NCBI GenBank assembly: GCA_002269645.1
Contig: NIVC01000032.1
Coordinates: 992,001 to 1,056,000, forward strand
Origin: Macrostomum lignano
Taxonomy: Eukaryota
Direction of reading: 5' to 3'
DNA: 64,000 nucleotides
A model generated the notes under the pieces. That model searched no databases. It saw only the letters and a list, made by a program, of their open reading frames with translations, and was not told the origin of the DNA. The translations under genes were made by a program, and so were the position numbers. Shown here piece after piece: positions 12,411 to 24,953 of this stretch. Numbering within the stretch: the stretch's first letter is position 1; every line of letters starts with the position of its first letter.

Positions 12411-13279
12411 ATGATTTCTTTTTGCATTGCACTTCATTTAAGTATTTTGTCTGTTTTCTTTGTGATTGTGAATGCTTTACGCTCGTATTTGGCTATATTT
12501 TTGTTACTTGTAGAGAGCAGAGATTCTATACAGATGTCCCCCAACGGGGGGCGAATATTGCTAGTAGAATTCTAATTTTCTAAACAAAAATCTTTATGAA
12601 TATCATTAAGTTCGAAAGTCTTAAGACTTCAAACTTAGGACTACGACTTTTTAGAAAAACTAATTCAAGGACAGTCAATCGACAAATACCAATTAAAATT
12701 TCCGGGTTTTAGCGGCAATTTGAATTGATTTAAACATAGATTACGACGTTTTTACACCAGATTATATTTCGGAGCCTTAGAGACAAGTAAAAGTCCAATC
12801 ATCGAGCAATTCCATATAGATCATATATTCATTGATTTATACTATTGAAGGGCATTTATCTATGTTAACTCATAGTCAAACAATGTCCAGGTTAGAATAG
12901 AGACAGCAGAGACAGCAACGTTCACTGGGGAATGAACAATATGTTTATCCTCCTGGCAACTCATTATCTATCACGACTGTTTCTCTCTCCACCAAGTTCA
13001 GTCAAGCGAGGACTTGTGCTTCGATGTGAAATTCTGCGAAGCTCTAGATATTCTGGTCTGCTCGTCATGCATCTTCATCTGTTCCAGCTGGTCGAATGTT
13101 AATGAGATATCTGAACCCAACTCTTCCTTAGCCACTAGTTTTGCACTCTGCTTTTCTTGGTCAAATAATCGTTGACAGAGTCCCAATCACCTGCTTTTAT
13201 TTAGCTTGTCTTCTTCACCAATATCTTCTTCTTTTTGGTTCTCACCGTTTCCACTTAATAAAATAAGTCTAATCTAATC

Positions 13280-14400
13280 CGATCAAGTCTGTCTATCTTA
13301 TCGGATCAAGTCTATCTATCTCACCCCATTAAGTCTGTCATTCTCACACTATTAACTCTGTCTATCTCACCCTATCAAGTGAGTCTATCTCACTCTATCA
13401 AGTCTGTCTATCTCACCCTATTAGGTGAGTCTATCTCACCCTATCAAGTGAGTCTATCTCACCCTATCAAGTGAGTCTATCTCACTCTATCAAGTCTGTC
13501 TATCTCACCCTATCAAGTGAGTCTATCTCACCCTATCAAGTGAGTCTATCTCACCCTATCAAGTGAGTCTATCTCACCCTATCAAGTGAGTCTATCTCAC
13601 CCTATCAAGTCTATCTATCTCACCTTGTCTATCTCACCCTATTAAGTGAGTCTATCTCACCCTATCAAGTGAGTCTATCTCACCCTATCAAGTGAGTCTA
13701 TCTCACCCTATCAGGTGAGTCTATCTCACCCTATCAAGTGAGTCTATCTCACCCTATCAAGTGAGTCTATCCCACCCTATCAAGTGAGTCTATCTCTCTA
13801 TCAAGTGAGTCTATCCCACCCTATCAAGTGAGTCTATCTCACCCTATCAAGTGAGTCTATCTCACTCTATCAAGTCTGTATATCTCACCCTATCAAGTGA
13901 GTCTATCTCACCCTATCAAGTGAGTCTATCTCACCCTATCAAGTGAGTCTATCTCACCCTATCAAGTGAGTCTATCTCACCCTATCAAGTCTATCTATCT
14001 CACCTTGTCTATCTCTCTATCAAGTGAGTCTATCCCACCCTATCAAGTGAGTCTATCTCACCCTATCAAGTGAGTCTATCTCACCCTATCAAGTGAGTCT
14101 ATCCCACCCTATCAAGTGAGTCTATCTCACCCTATCAAGTGAGTCTATCTCACCCTATCAAGTGAGTCTATCTCACCCTATCAAGTGAGTCTATCTCACC
14201 CTATCAAGTGAGTCTATCTCACCCTATCAAGTGAGTCTATCTCACCCTATCAAGTGAGTCTATCTCACCCTATCAAGTGAGTCTATCTCACCCTATCAAG
14301 TGAGTCTATCTCACCCTATCAAGTGAGTCTATCTCACCCTATCAAGTGAGTCTATCTCACCCTATCAAGTGAGTCTATCTCACCCCATCAAGTGCTTTTA
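13280..14400. repeat. 23-bp minisatellite (tcaagtgagtctatctcacccta)n
   Basis: More than 40 units, degenerate at the left edge; internal inverted pair gtgag/ctcac. Confidence 0.96.
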
Positions 14401-15001
14401 TCTCACCCTTATACCATTATTCGAGAGAAGCTCAATCTGCAAAAGTGCACAATTTCGATTCAAATTTTCGAGCTCAAAGTTCTCGCTGCACAGCTATTTT
14501 GAAGCGGCCTTGCCTTTTTTGATTGCGGAATCAGCCGAGGAATCGATAGGCCTCCTATTGCTTTGCATCGATTTCAAAGCTCATATGCACAGGAATGCGA
14601 GTTCGTCGTCAAGAGACGAGAATTCAGAAATTTTCGACCTAGCGAGGAAATAATTATGAGCAGCAGTGAGAACGGGGGCAAGCGGGGAAACGAAGGTGGA
14701 CTGCCGGATTTTCAGCTCGCCAGACTCCCGTTCTGCATCTCGAGCGCCCATGCGACAGCTGCCGGGGGGTTCGCTTGAACAAATCGAAAGCCTGCCGGCC
14801 GGCCGCGGACACACGTGGCCGGGAAACGAAAAGGAAGAGAAAAAAGTGAGAGCGAGTGGAGTGGCTTGGAGAGTTCTGGAGTGCAGCTGGAGGGCAGGCT
14901 CTGATGTTTGTCAACCTCGGAGGTGTGCAGGGCTCCCTCCTGGTCCAAGCCTGCTGGCCTTGGGAGATGAACTCCTGCCTTTGCATTGTCTGCGGCTGGA
15001 C

Positions 15002-15308
<307 letters not shown>

Positions 15309-15352
15309 TCTAAAACTAGCTCAAAAGCAAGATAAAAATGCATTCCACTCAC

Positions 15353-15410
15353 CTGTAGGAGCAGCTGCCCAGATGAGGAAGGCTGCAATGAAGTAATCTG
15401 CTAGATGCAT
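15353..15410 (-). CDS. Nicotinic acetylcholine receptor subunit, exon 1, signal peptide ([20 protein letters not shown])
   Basis: ATG at 15410, hydrophobic 19-aa leader, donor G|gtgagt in phase 1; joins exon 2 in frame (G+AT=Asp) to give ...APTDA-GRHEKRLL. Implies an 11.1-kb intron 1. Confidence 0.8.
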
Positions 15411-16502
15411 TTACAACTGCTGAGGCTTGAACTCGGTTTTCCAGTTAAGTAAGCTTAGTCCTATGAAGCTAGAGAAATCCCCCAGAAAATGAAAAACATT
15501 TTCTCCTATAAAGCTATTGGGGGGAGTATTTTACAGGCTCAGGTATCCCTCAGTCGGTCAATTTTCATTGGAGGCCTTCCTGACTCGTGTCCAACCCGGG
15601 CCAACCAGAAGCCGCTTTGGAGGCTGGCAATACAGGGGAGCAATGTCCTCTCCCGAAATGTGGAGAGGACCTTGCCGTAAGACCTAAAGCAGGGGAGCTC
15701 TAAAATTAGATGTCTGGAACAGCTAGTCGAAATCTATATTTTCACATTTTCTCATTTTGTTTCGTCTTTCAAATTTCCCATGTTTTTTTTACTTCTTAAA
15801 TACAGGACAATAAAATGGTAAAATGGTTTGCCATGGTTTCCAATCCAGATACTTTGTCTTGTTTCATGGACCCTGCATGTCGTCCATTATCGGGTTGTCA
15901 GGCGATTCACAGCCGTGAGGTCCAGCACGGATCGAGTGTACATGGCCTGACTATAATTAGAAGGATTCCATTCTTTTTCTGTTTTCATATTTCTACCAGA
16001 AGCCAGCTGTATTGAGCGACAGGGCAGGGCAGGAGCTGCTGTTGCTGCTGGTGCTGCTGACTCTCCACCCCCGTCATTGTGAGCACTGAATGAGGTGTTA
16101 GTTAGCTAGCTATAAACCGTATAGCCAATGAGAGAGTTGCGGAAATGCAGCCCCGCAGACAAGGTCACCTGTGATACAGAAAGGGCGGATCTGCTGTACA
16201 GGTGGGTGGAGTCTTCTTCTGTTCCAAACCCGTTGCTTTCCTCTGTACCTGAACTCAATGGGAAAAAGAATGCTCTGTGTGTGTGTGTGTGTTGAAGCTT
16301 TGTTTAAAAAGAAAGGAGAGGTACTTCGGTAAATTCTACCTTTTGTTGTCTGTACTGCTTCTGCTTCTGGGGGTAAGCTGGAGGCAGAAGAGGTGAAACA
16401 TGAAACTATGAATTTTTTTCTCTTCTTTCGCTGGCTCAAACAACCTGCTCACAAAATTTAATCCAGTGATTGTTTTAAAAATAGTTCAGTTTTACAGGAG
16501 AG

Positions 16503-16520
16503 ACAGATAGATAGATAGAC

Positions 16521-16591
<71 letters not shown>

Positions 16592-16592
16592 C

Positions 16593-16683
<91 letters not shown>

Positions 16684-16696
16684 CAGATAGATAGAC

Positions 16697-16785
<89 letters not shown>

Positions 16786-16794
16786 CATAGATAC

Positions 16795-16847
<53 letters not shown>

Positions 16848-16860
16848 CAGATAGATAGAC

Positions 16861-16891
<31 letters not shown>

Positions 16892-16904
16892 CAGATAGAT
16901 AGAC

Positions 16905-16949
<45 letters not shown>

Positions 16950-16954
16950 CATAC

Positions 16955-17021
<67 letters not shown>

Positions 17022-17022
17022 C

Positions 17023-17054
<32 letters not shown>

Positions 17055-17110
17055 GTAGGTAGATAGATAGATAGGTAGGTAGATAGATAGATAGATAGAT
17101 AGATACATAC

Positions 17111-17145
<35 letters not shown>

Positions 17146-17154
17146 CATAGATAC

Positions 17155-17193
<39 letters not shown>

Positions 17194-17194
17194 C

Positions 17195-17230
<36 letters not shown>

Positions 17231-17285
17231 GTAGGTAGATAGATAGATAGGTAGGTAGATAGATAGATAGATAGATAGGTAGATA
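16503..17285. repeat. (GATA)n microsatellite, ~780 bp
   Basis: Directly visible, with GACA/CATA/GGTA variants. Confidence 0.98.
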
Positions 17286-17774
17286 AGTGTACCGGTAGTG
17301 AACGAGACTGAAATGGGCTCGGTAAGGCAAGGCCAGTTACGCACAAATTTGGACTTTATCAGTCACCAACAGCAGCTGTTTAAACAGAGCTCAGCAGAGA
17401 TTTTAGCTCACGTGCAGCGCTTTCCAGGTGCTTCAATAAAAATTGATTGTCTTTACATTCAATAGATTATGGCTAGAGGTCTTTTTAAGGCGTCTAGAAA
17501 AGTCGCCATTGACTGTGGGGTTTCAATTCATGATATTCACTTTAGTTAATTTGGATAATAAGATATTGGAATATCCTCGCAGGGTGTGCCAGTCTACATG
17601 CATCAATCCTTCAATAGGAGTGGTGAAGACAGAAGGACAGATTGTCCTCAGAAAAGAAATACACTGTTGATCATAGGTTGACATGATTGATGATGGCGCA
17701 CGCAGGGGGTGCAAAAAAGCAAGAGGCAGATAAGCTCGAAGAATGACAGAAGCTCCACTTTTGCCAAGAGACAA

Positions 17775-18730
17775 AAGACAGGGGCGCCAATCAGGAGACA
17801 GGGCTCCAATCAAGAGACAGGGGCGCCAGCCAAGAGACAGGGGCGCCAATCAAGAGACAGGGGCGCCAATCAAGAGACAGGGGCGCCAATCAAGAGACAG
17901 GGGCGCCAACCAAGAGACAGGGGCGCCCACCAAGAGACAGGGGCGCCAATCAAGAGACAGGGGCGCCAGCCAAGAGACAGGGGCGCCAATCAAGAGACAG
18001 GGGCGCCAATCAAGAGACAGGGGCGCCAATCAAGAGACAGGGCCGCCCACCAAGAGACAGGGGCGGCAATCAAGAGACAGGGGCGCCCACCAAGAGACAG
18101 GGGCGCCCACCAAGAGACAGGGGCGCCAATCAAGAGACAGGGGCGCCAACCAAGAGACAGGGGCGCCCACCAAGAGACAGGGGCGCCAATCAAGAGACAG
18201 GGGCGCCCACAAAGAGACAGGGGCGCCAATCAAGAGACAGGGGCGCCAATCAAGAGACAGGGGCGCCAACCAAGAGACAGGGGCGCCAATCAAGAGACAG
18301 GGGCGCCAATCAAGAGACAGGGGCGCCAATCAAGAGACAGGGGCGCCAATCAAGAGACAGGGGCGCCAATCAAGAGACAGGGGCGCCAATCAAGAGACAG
18401 GGCCGCCCACCAAGAGACAGGGGCGGCAATCAAGAGACAGGGGCGCCCACCAAGAGACAGGGGCGCCCACCAAGAGACAGGGGCGCCAATCAAGAGACAG
18501 GGGCGCCAACCAAGAGACAGGGGCGCCCACCAAGAGACAGGGGCGCCAATCAAGAGACAGGGGCGCCCACAAAGAGACAGGGGCGCCAATCAAGAGACAG
18601 GGGCGCCAATCAAGAGACAGGGGCGCCAACCAAGAGACAGGGGCGCCAATCAAGAGACAGGGGCGCCAATCAAGAGACAGGGGCGCCAATCAAGAGACAG
18701 GGGCGCCAATCAAGAGACAGGGGCGCCCAC
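17775..18730. repeat. 20-bp minisatellite (ggggcgccaatcaagagaca)n
   Basis: About 47 units; a 360-bp variant block is duplicated (identical ORF translations at 17990/18350 and 18030/18390). Confidence 0.97.
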
Positions 18731-19103
18731 GCGGATTTTTGTCAATCTGATTTTAGCAGCAATAAAAAAGCATCTAAACATCAATCTTTACAGACTCGAA
18801 ACCCAATAACAAAAAAAACACAAGTTTATTGACAGCTCAAGGTAAAAAAACAGGAAATCTCTACGACGTTATCAGCTACGCTCATAGATTTAAATGGCAG
18901 GTTTCATTCTAGCGAGAAACCAACCTTGCTCTCAGGAAATGCAGCAGAGGAAAACTTGAAAAAATGTACAGAATTTTATCACTTCTTTTACGTAGGATCG
19001 ATTGTCAGCCTCAACGCATGGATCGATTCAGGCAGCTGGTAAACCAAGCATTTTGGCTTTCATCATGAAAAGCAGCCGTCATGCAAATATTAGTAAACTT
19101 GGG

Positions 19104-19106
<3 letters not shown>

Positions 19107-19150
<44 letters not shown>
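19107..19150. repeat. (CT)n microsatellite
   Basis: Directly visible. Confidence 0.97.
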
Positions 19151-19153
<3 letters not shown>

Positions 19154-19319
19154 ATCTCTGAATGCTTTCACGGTTATTGTGTGCGATAATAGGTGGGCTT
19201 TTGATCTAAATATATACATGAATTTTTTGTACTGACTACTCTGTTTTGCAATGAAATGTATAGTTTTTTGCTAGCTGAAATGTTTAGCTTCAGCGGGGTG
19301 TGTAAGCATTGTTTAAGGG

Positions 19320-20245
19320 TGACCCTGTCACCCTGTCATACTCTCATACTGCCCCTGTCACCCCGTAACCCTGTTATCCTGTCACCTTGTCACCCTGTCA
19401 TACTGTCACCCTATCACCCTGTCACACTGTCATCCTATCACCCTATCAGCCTGTCACCTTGTCTCACCCTATCACCCTGTCACACTGTTATCCTGTCTAT
19501 CAACCTGTCACTCTGTCACCCTGTCACCGTGTCACCCTGTCACCCGGTCACTCTGTCACCCTGTCACCCTGTCACCCTGTCACCATGTCACCCGGTCATT
19601 CTGTCACCCTGTCACTCTATCACCCTGTCACCCTGTAACCCTATCACCGTGTCACCCTGTCATCCTGTCACCCTATCACCCTATCACCCTATCACCCTGT
19701 CATTCTGTCACCCTGTCACTCTATCACCCTGTCACACTGTCATCCTGTCACTCTATCACCCTGTCACACTGTCATCCTGTCACCCTATCACCCTGTCACC
19801 CTGTCTCACCCTATCATCCTGTCACCCTGTCATCCTGTCACCCTATCACCCTGTCACCCTGTCTCATCCTATCACCCTGTCACCCTGTCATCCTGTCACC
19901 CTATCACCCTGTCACCCTGTCTCACCCTATCACCCTGTCACATTGTCATTCTGTCAACCTGTCACTCTATCACCCTGTCACCCTGTCACCCTATCACCCT
20001 GTCACCCTGTCATCCTGTCACCCTATCACCCTGTCACCCTGTCTCACCCTATCACCCTGTCATCCTGTCACCCTATCACCCTGTCACCCTGTCTCACCCT
20101 ATCACCCTGTCACCCTGTCATTCTGTCACCCTATCACCCTATCACCCTGTCACTCTGTCACCCTGTTACCCTGTCACCCTGTCACCCTGTCACCCTGTCA
20201 CCCTGTCACTCTGTCACTCTGTCACCCTATCACCCTGTCACCCGG
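19320..20245. repeat. Degenerate 8-bp repeat (caccctgt)n, G-rich on the minus strand
   Basis: Mix of caccctgt, caccctat and cactctgt units. Confidence 0.95.
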
Positions 20246-20839
20246 TCACTCGAAGCGGCCAGCCCGCCAGCGCCACTCGGCACAGGCTGCACCACTCGTA
20301 CCCAACGGTTTATGCTTAGTCACAAAAGGCCGCAACAGCAAGTCGGAGCCAGCAAGCAGAGGTCTCGACGACGTCCCACCATTGGAAGCGACTCCAGCCG
20401 ACGAGACAAACGGTAAACTTGGAAGCGTTCGAGTCGATTGGGAACTGCCGATATCCAGGTCAACAGGTGTAGTCAGATCCGTGTAATGCCTCGGGACCGA
20501 ATCGTCTTCATTCAAGTTTCTGTAGCCGTAGCCAAAACTGTGAACATTTTCCGGCCACTGAGCCGAGGGCAAATCTTCGCTATTCAATCGCGTTTGACTG
20601 CGCGATGCGGCAACACTGCCGGGACTTTGATAATAGTCATCGAAATCCCACAGATGGTCTTCAATGAGTCTCAGAGATGGTAGTTGAGAAGTTGATTTAG
20701 ATGATGAAGAACGCAATAACCGAATGTTGCTGTCAGTCCAAAACTGGTTTCTGCTCAATTGAGTACTCGTAGAGCTTGTATAAAAACTACCGTAGGTCCC
20801 GTTTGTAGTGACTCGGTCAGTGCCTGGTTGGTGAGCCAT
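20246..20839 (-). CDS. Putative coding exon, 197 aa, Ser-rich, unknown protein
   Basis: Stop-free, non-repetitive frame with protein-like aromatic motifs (FWTDSNIRLL, DHLWDFDDYY); the antisense mirror frame contains stops. No family recognised and splice sites not resolved. Confidence 0.45.
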   Translation of the reverse strand: MAHQPGTDRVTTNGTYGSFYTSSTSTQLSRNQFWTDSNIRLLRSSSSKSTSQLPSLRLIEDHLWDFDDYYQSPGSVAASRSQTRLNSEDLPSAQWPENVHSFGYGYRNLNEDDSVPRHYTDLTTPVDLDIGSSQSTRTLPSLPFVSSAGVASNGGTSSRPLLAGSDLLLRPFVTKHKPLGTSGAACAEWRWRAGRFE

Positions 20840-21111
20840 GCAGAAGTGCTGGATCCGTACCTTCTCAGGGGCTTATTCTCAAGCCTATATTTATATCCAG
20901 TTTAACCTTGCACACTGACTGTTCATAACTACAGTGTGAATTGACAGCCAAGATGAAGAAAGTGAAGTAGAGAATGAATGAATACACCTGAGGCGCCACA
21001 GGGGCAGGGTTTGAGGCAAGGACACCTTGAACTAAAATTTGGAGTAGTGCAAATCTTTTCTCCTATAGCTTGATTCTAGGTAAATCTGCAAGAAATCAGT
21101 AGTCAGATTGG

Positions 21112-21676
21112 TCAACGGAGGATCCAGACTCCCCCTTGACCACTCCCCCACCTGGATCCGCCAGAGATTTTGAATGAGTTGCTCACTCCAGATACAGCGT
21201 TGAGCGGCCTCCTTGAGTACAGTGGGAGGGTAGCAGTCGCCACCCGGCGTTCAAGACTGACTGACTCAAAGCTATTTAATAGATTGTGTGGCCAGATAAT
21301 GCCAAGTGGTGACGAGTTTTCAAAAATACGTTGAGCTTTGCTCAACTGTCTATGCGGGGGAAGGAGGGAGAAAGGTGATGAAGCATTGCTCACTTCAGGT
21401 ATAGCTAACCTAGCACTAATGGGCGATATGACTCCCGTATCTAGATAAACTGCTTCGCTCTGTAGCAGCAGCACTGACCCTCCCACGCTCCATTCTCCAG
21501 AGCTATTAATTGTGCTCAAGCAGTTTCTTTTCTTACAGCTGGTTGCTTTTCTAACGAGACAGCTAAATGAAACTGGACTGCCTCTGCAGAGTAGAGCGTT
21601 TGACAGCCTCACAGCCCGTTGGATGCGGGTTAGAGAGTGAAATAAATTAGCTGCTGCAAATGCAGGTAGAATGTTC
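21112..21676 (-). CDS. Putative coding exon, ~187 aa, unknown protein
   Basis: The 21112-21612 ORF stays open upstream to a candidate acceptor gttctgcag at ~21677; non-repetitive; no family recognised. Confidence 0.35.
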
Positions 21677-21687
21677 TGCAGAACCTT

Positions 21688-21688
21688 G

Positions 21689-21754
<66 letters not shown>

Positions 21755-21755
21755 C

Positions 21756-21799
<44 letters not shown>

Positions 21800-21800
21800 G

Positions 21801-21842
<42 letters not shown>

Positions 21843-21846
21843 CATC

Positions 21847-21891
<45 letters not shown>

Positions 21892-21892
21892 G

Positions 21893-21930
<38 letters not shown>

Positions 21931-22000
21931 CATCTATCTATCTATTTATCTATCTATCTATCCATCTATCTATCTATCCATCTATCTATCTATCTATCTA
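21688..22000. repeat. (TATC)n microsatellite
   Basis: Directly visible; same motif as the 16.5-kb GATA block but on the opposite strand. Confidence 0.98.
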
Positions 22001-22315
22001 GCCAGACTCAAACGATACATTGCTAGGCAAGTCAGTACATAAGTACAAAATGACTGGCAGTCACGATAACCCAGCTGACCCAGCTCAAGTTTCCAGCTGA
22101 AAAATCGAAAATAAACTGGAATCAGGCGACATCATTGCAAAATGGCGAGAATGAGTTGGGAATTTTTAGCAAGCGTCGCCAACGAACTCTAAACTGACAT
22201 CTGCTGCATCCAGGATTCGAATTCCTTCTTACATGCATAGCAAAATTTGATCTGCATTTGGCTGTCAAATTTTGCACTTTAGTTAGAAACTAAAAAGTTT
22301 GTTTAGTTTTGCCAT

Positions 22316-22922
22316 GTTTACCAGTTGGATTCTGCAGTTTGTGGCGCCACATTTACCAGTTGGATTCTGCAGTTTGTGGCGCCACATTTACCAGTTGGAT
22401 TCTACAGTTTGTGGCGCCACATTTACCAGTTGTATTCTTCAGTTTGTGGCGCCACATTTACCAGTTGGATTCCACAGTTTGTGGCGCCACATTTACCAGT
22501 TGGATTCTACAGCTTATGGCGCCATATTTACCAGTTGGATTCCACAGTTTGTGGCGCCACATTTACCAGTTGGATTCTACAGCTTGTGGCGCCACATTTA
22601 CCAGTTGGATTCTATAGTTTGTGGCGCCACATTTACCAGTTGGATTCTACAGTTTGTGGCGCCACATTTACCAGTTGGATTCTACAGTTTGTGGCGCCAC
22701 ATTTACCAGTTGGATTCTACAGTTTGTGGCGCCACATTTACCAGTTGGATTCTACAGTTTGTGGCGCCACATTTACCAGTTGGATTCTACAGTTTGTGGC
22801 GCCACATTTACCAGTTAGATTCTACAGTTTGTGGCGCCACATTTACCAGTTAGATTCTACAGTTTGTGGCGCCACATTTACCAGTTAGATTCTACAGTTT
22901 GTGGCGCCACATTTACCAGTTT
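22316..22922. repeat. 35-bp minisatellite (tttgtggcgccacatttaccagttggattctacag)n, ~17 copies
   Basis: Period from gtggcgccac at 22341 and 22376. Confidence 0.97.
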
Positions 22923-23899
22923 GACTCTTTATATATTTACACTTTGTTTACCAGTGTGTGGTCAATTTCTGTGCAAAATTTAATCTTGAGAAAAGGCGAT
23001 AAGATATAATATTCCCGGAAAGCATATACTGTATGAAATATTCAGTAATTTTTTCACTTACACTTGATCAAGCCTCTTTAAGTAACTCTGCAAGTCTCAT
23101 GTTTCGTCAATGTCGCCGTCCGCTGTTAGGAAATTCAAAAAAAACATATTTCCTCTTGATCCTTTTCCCTGCGATCTGCGGAAAACCCATGCAGGGCCAA
23201 TTCTTATCTCTGTATTCTACAATATTAGGAATGGAGCTAAGCAGCCACTTCAAAAGACTCTATCAGCCTTGTGAGCTTCCCAAGGGGATACTGCGCGGCT
23301 CCTTTACGGCCTGAGAAAGCAGCCTATACAAGGATCGAGGCTACTGGTTTTTTTCCCAGCATTTTTTCTCGGAATTGCATTTCTACAAGGTTGACGACTT
23401 TTTGTATTAGCTGCCGAAAGACAGAACTTTCTGTATCTACATACTTGCAAGTATGTCTTCCAACTGCAGAGCATCCATACATGCATGTTACGAAGCATTG
23501 GAAATTAATTGAATTAATTAATTAATTAAAATGCATGCAATTTAGTAGCCTCTATATTAATTTGCTGTATTCTTCGAAAAACAAATTTTGTGTGTCTATA
23601 CATATTGCTGAAGTTTGACGCCGGCCGTAGTGTACGTGCATGTTGAAATGCTAATTGGCGTTAGCTGGTAGTTAATTACATTTATAGTTAATTCTAAATT
23701 ATACCTACATGAATAATATAGGTAAAATTTTGAAAAATCGGCTAATTTCGATAAAAGTCTGCTTTTTGGCAAGGTGCTTTATAGATTTGAATGAATAGCA
23801 AAATTACCTTGTTGAATTATCAGTTACATGTAACTTATATCTTTAGACTACGGAAAGCTGTGACTTAATGTTGTTGTTGGTAGTTTAATATCTCATGAA

Positions 23900-24204
23900 G
23901 GGGCTGTAGCCTAGTGGTCAGAGCGTCGAACTCACGACTGAAAGGTCAGGGGTTCGATTCTCGACCCACTCGGAACTAATTGTGTCCTTGAGCAAGACAC
24001 TTAACTCTGTATTGCTTCAGTTCACCCAGCTTTAAAATGGATGCCATCTTTAGCTGGGGTAATTGAGGGTGTGCGTGGCGACTGTCAGTCCTTAGACTGA
24101 ACAGCCTTCAGATGTGCCGCACAATAGCTGCGGCTGAGCTGTCGGTTGCACATCTGGCCATTGAGGCAGGTGTAATCAATTATTGTTATTATTATCATTA
24201 TTAT
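23900..24204 (+). mobile_element. tRNA-derived CORE-type SINE, full-length copy
   Basis: A box tagcctagtgg, B box ggttcgattc, MIR/CORE-like tgtgtccttgagcaagacacttaactc...cttcagttcacccagctttaaaatgg, (TTA)n-like tail; second copy at 36441. Confidence 0.85.
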
Positions 24205-24637
24205 ACCGGTAGATATCCATGCACTCTGTGAGGTCTTATGTTACGCCAATACGTGATTGATTAGGCCGACTTATTTTCATCATTCCGGGCATCCGGATAC
24301 AGCAGGGAGGCGTTGACGCCCATTCCGCTAACCCCTGGCAACCACAGGCAGCTGATTGACGCAGTGTGGTTAGCGTGGTTCCCCCTCCGTAGAGTCCAGG
24401 AGGTGGATGGTCGCTCGCCCGGTAGCCCTTAGGTAGTGGACGAGCTGGCAGAGGTTCTCGGGCCTGAAAACGTCGGTGGGCCGAGAGGTACGTAGGTGAT
24501 TGAGTACGTGCGAACTTGTTTGCAACTCTGGAAGTTACACGTACATGTACTCTGTGCCTTGGTTACGCCAGAATTGGACGCGTTACCCACTGAGCTACTC
24601 TCCGGATTTAGTAGGTACAAGAGCATTTTACTAACAG

Positions 24638-24953
24638 GTCCATGCGAACTCAACAGCCAAGCGTCTACGTGTCTGGCATCTACGAATTGGGAGCACGCAC
24701 CCAGCAGATTGTCAAGCTGGCTTCAAAACCGGCATCAACATCTCATCGCCACCGGATGCTGCGCGACGGCCTCTTGCTAGCGCCGCCGTCGGTCTCCAGG
24801 GTCGGTCGAGTCCGCGGCCGTGGCATCTATTGTGCCGACGTCTTTGCCAAGAGCGCCGCCTACTGTCGACGCGAAGCTGCTGGCGGCGTTCGCGGACGGG
24901 ACAATCAGCTGTTTGCGCTGCTAGCGGAGGTGGACACCACGGACGCTCATGAG
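24638..24953 (+). CDS. PARP-family catalytic domain, exon A (...MLRDGLLLAPPSVSRVGRVRGRGIYCADVFAKSAAYC...FALLAEV...)
   Basis: Acceptor ttactaacag (24637); GLLLAPP and GRGIYCADVFAKSAAYC align with PARP1 GLRIAPP and GKGIYFADMVSKSANYC. Donor either AG|gtccgt (24954, intact frame) or AG|gtagga (25001, needs a 1-nt frameshift). Confidence 0.75.

Larger units (their letters stand above)
7249..12564 (+). mobile_element. Non-autonomous Helitron-like element B containing a 4.3-kb satellite
   Basis: Starts TC at 7249 directly after the CTAG of element A, then (atgt)n and aaccgattttcttcaaacttgc; ends with hairpin ccccc-aac-gggggg (12538-12551), 9 nt, then CTAG|T (12561-12565). Confidence 0.65.

Noticed and set aside
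14369-15000. CpG-rich overlapping short ORFs in nAChR intron 1 as a separate gene
   Set aside because: No recognisable motifs or consistent splice structure; more likely regulatory sequence.
22930-23400. Stop-interrupted protein-like frames next to the 35-bp array
   Set aside because: Multiple stops and no family recognised.
23900-23972. tRNA gene (also 36441-36500 and 917-970)
   Set aside because: A and B boxes are present but the anticodon and acceptor stems do not pair, and the sequence continues into a SINE body.
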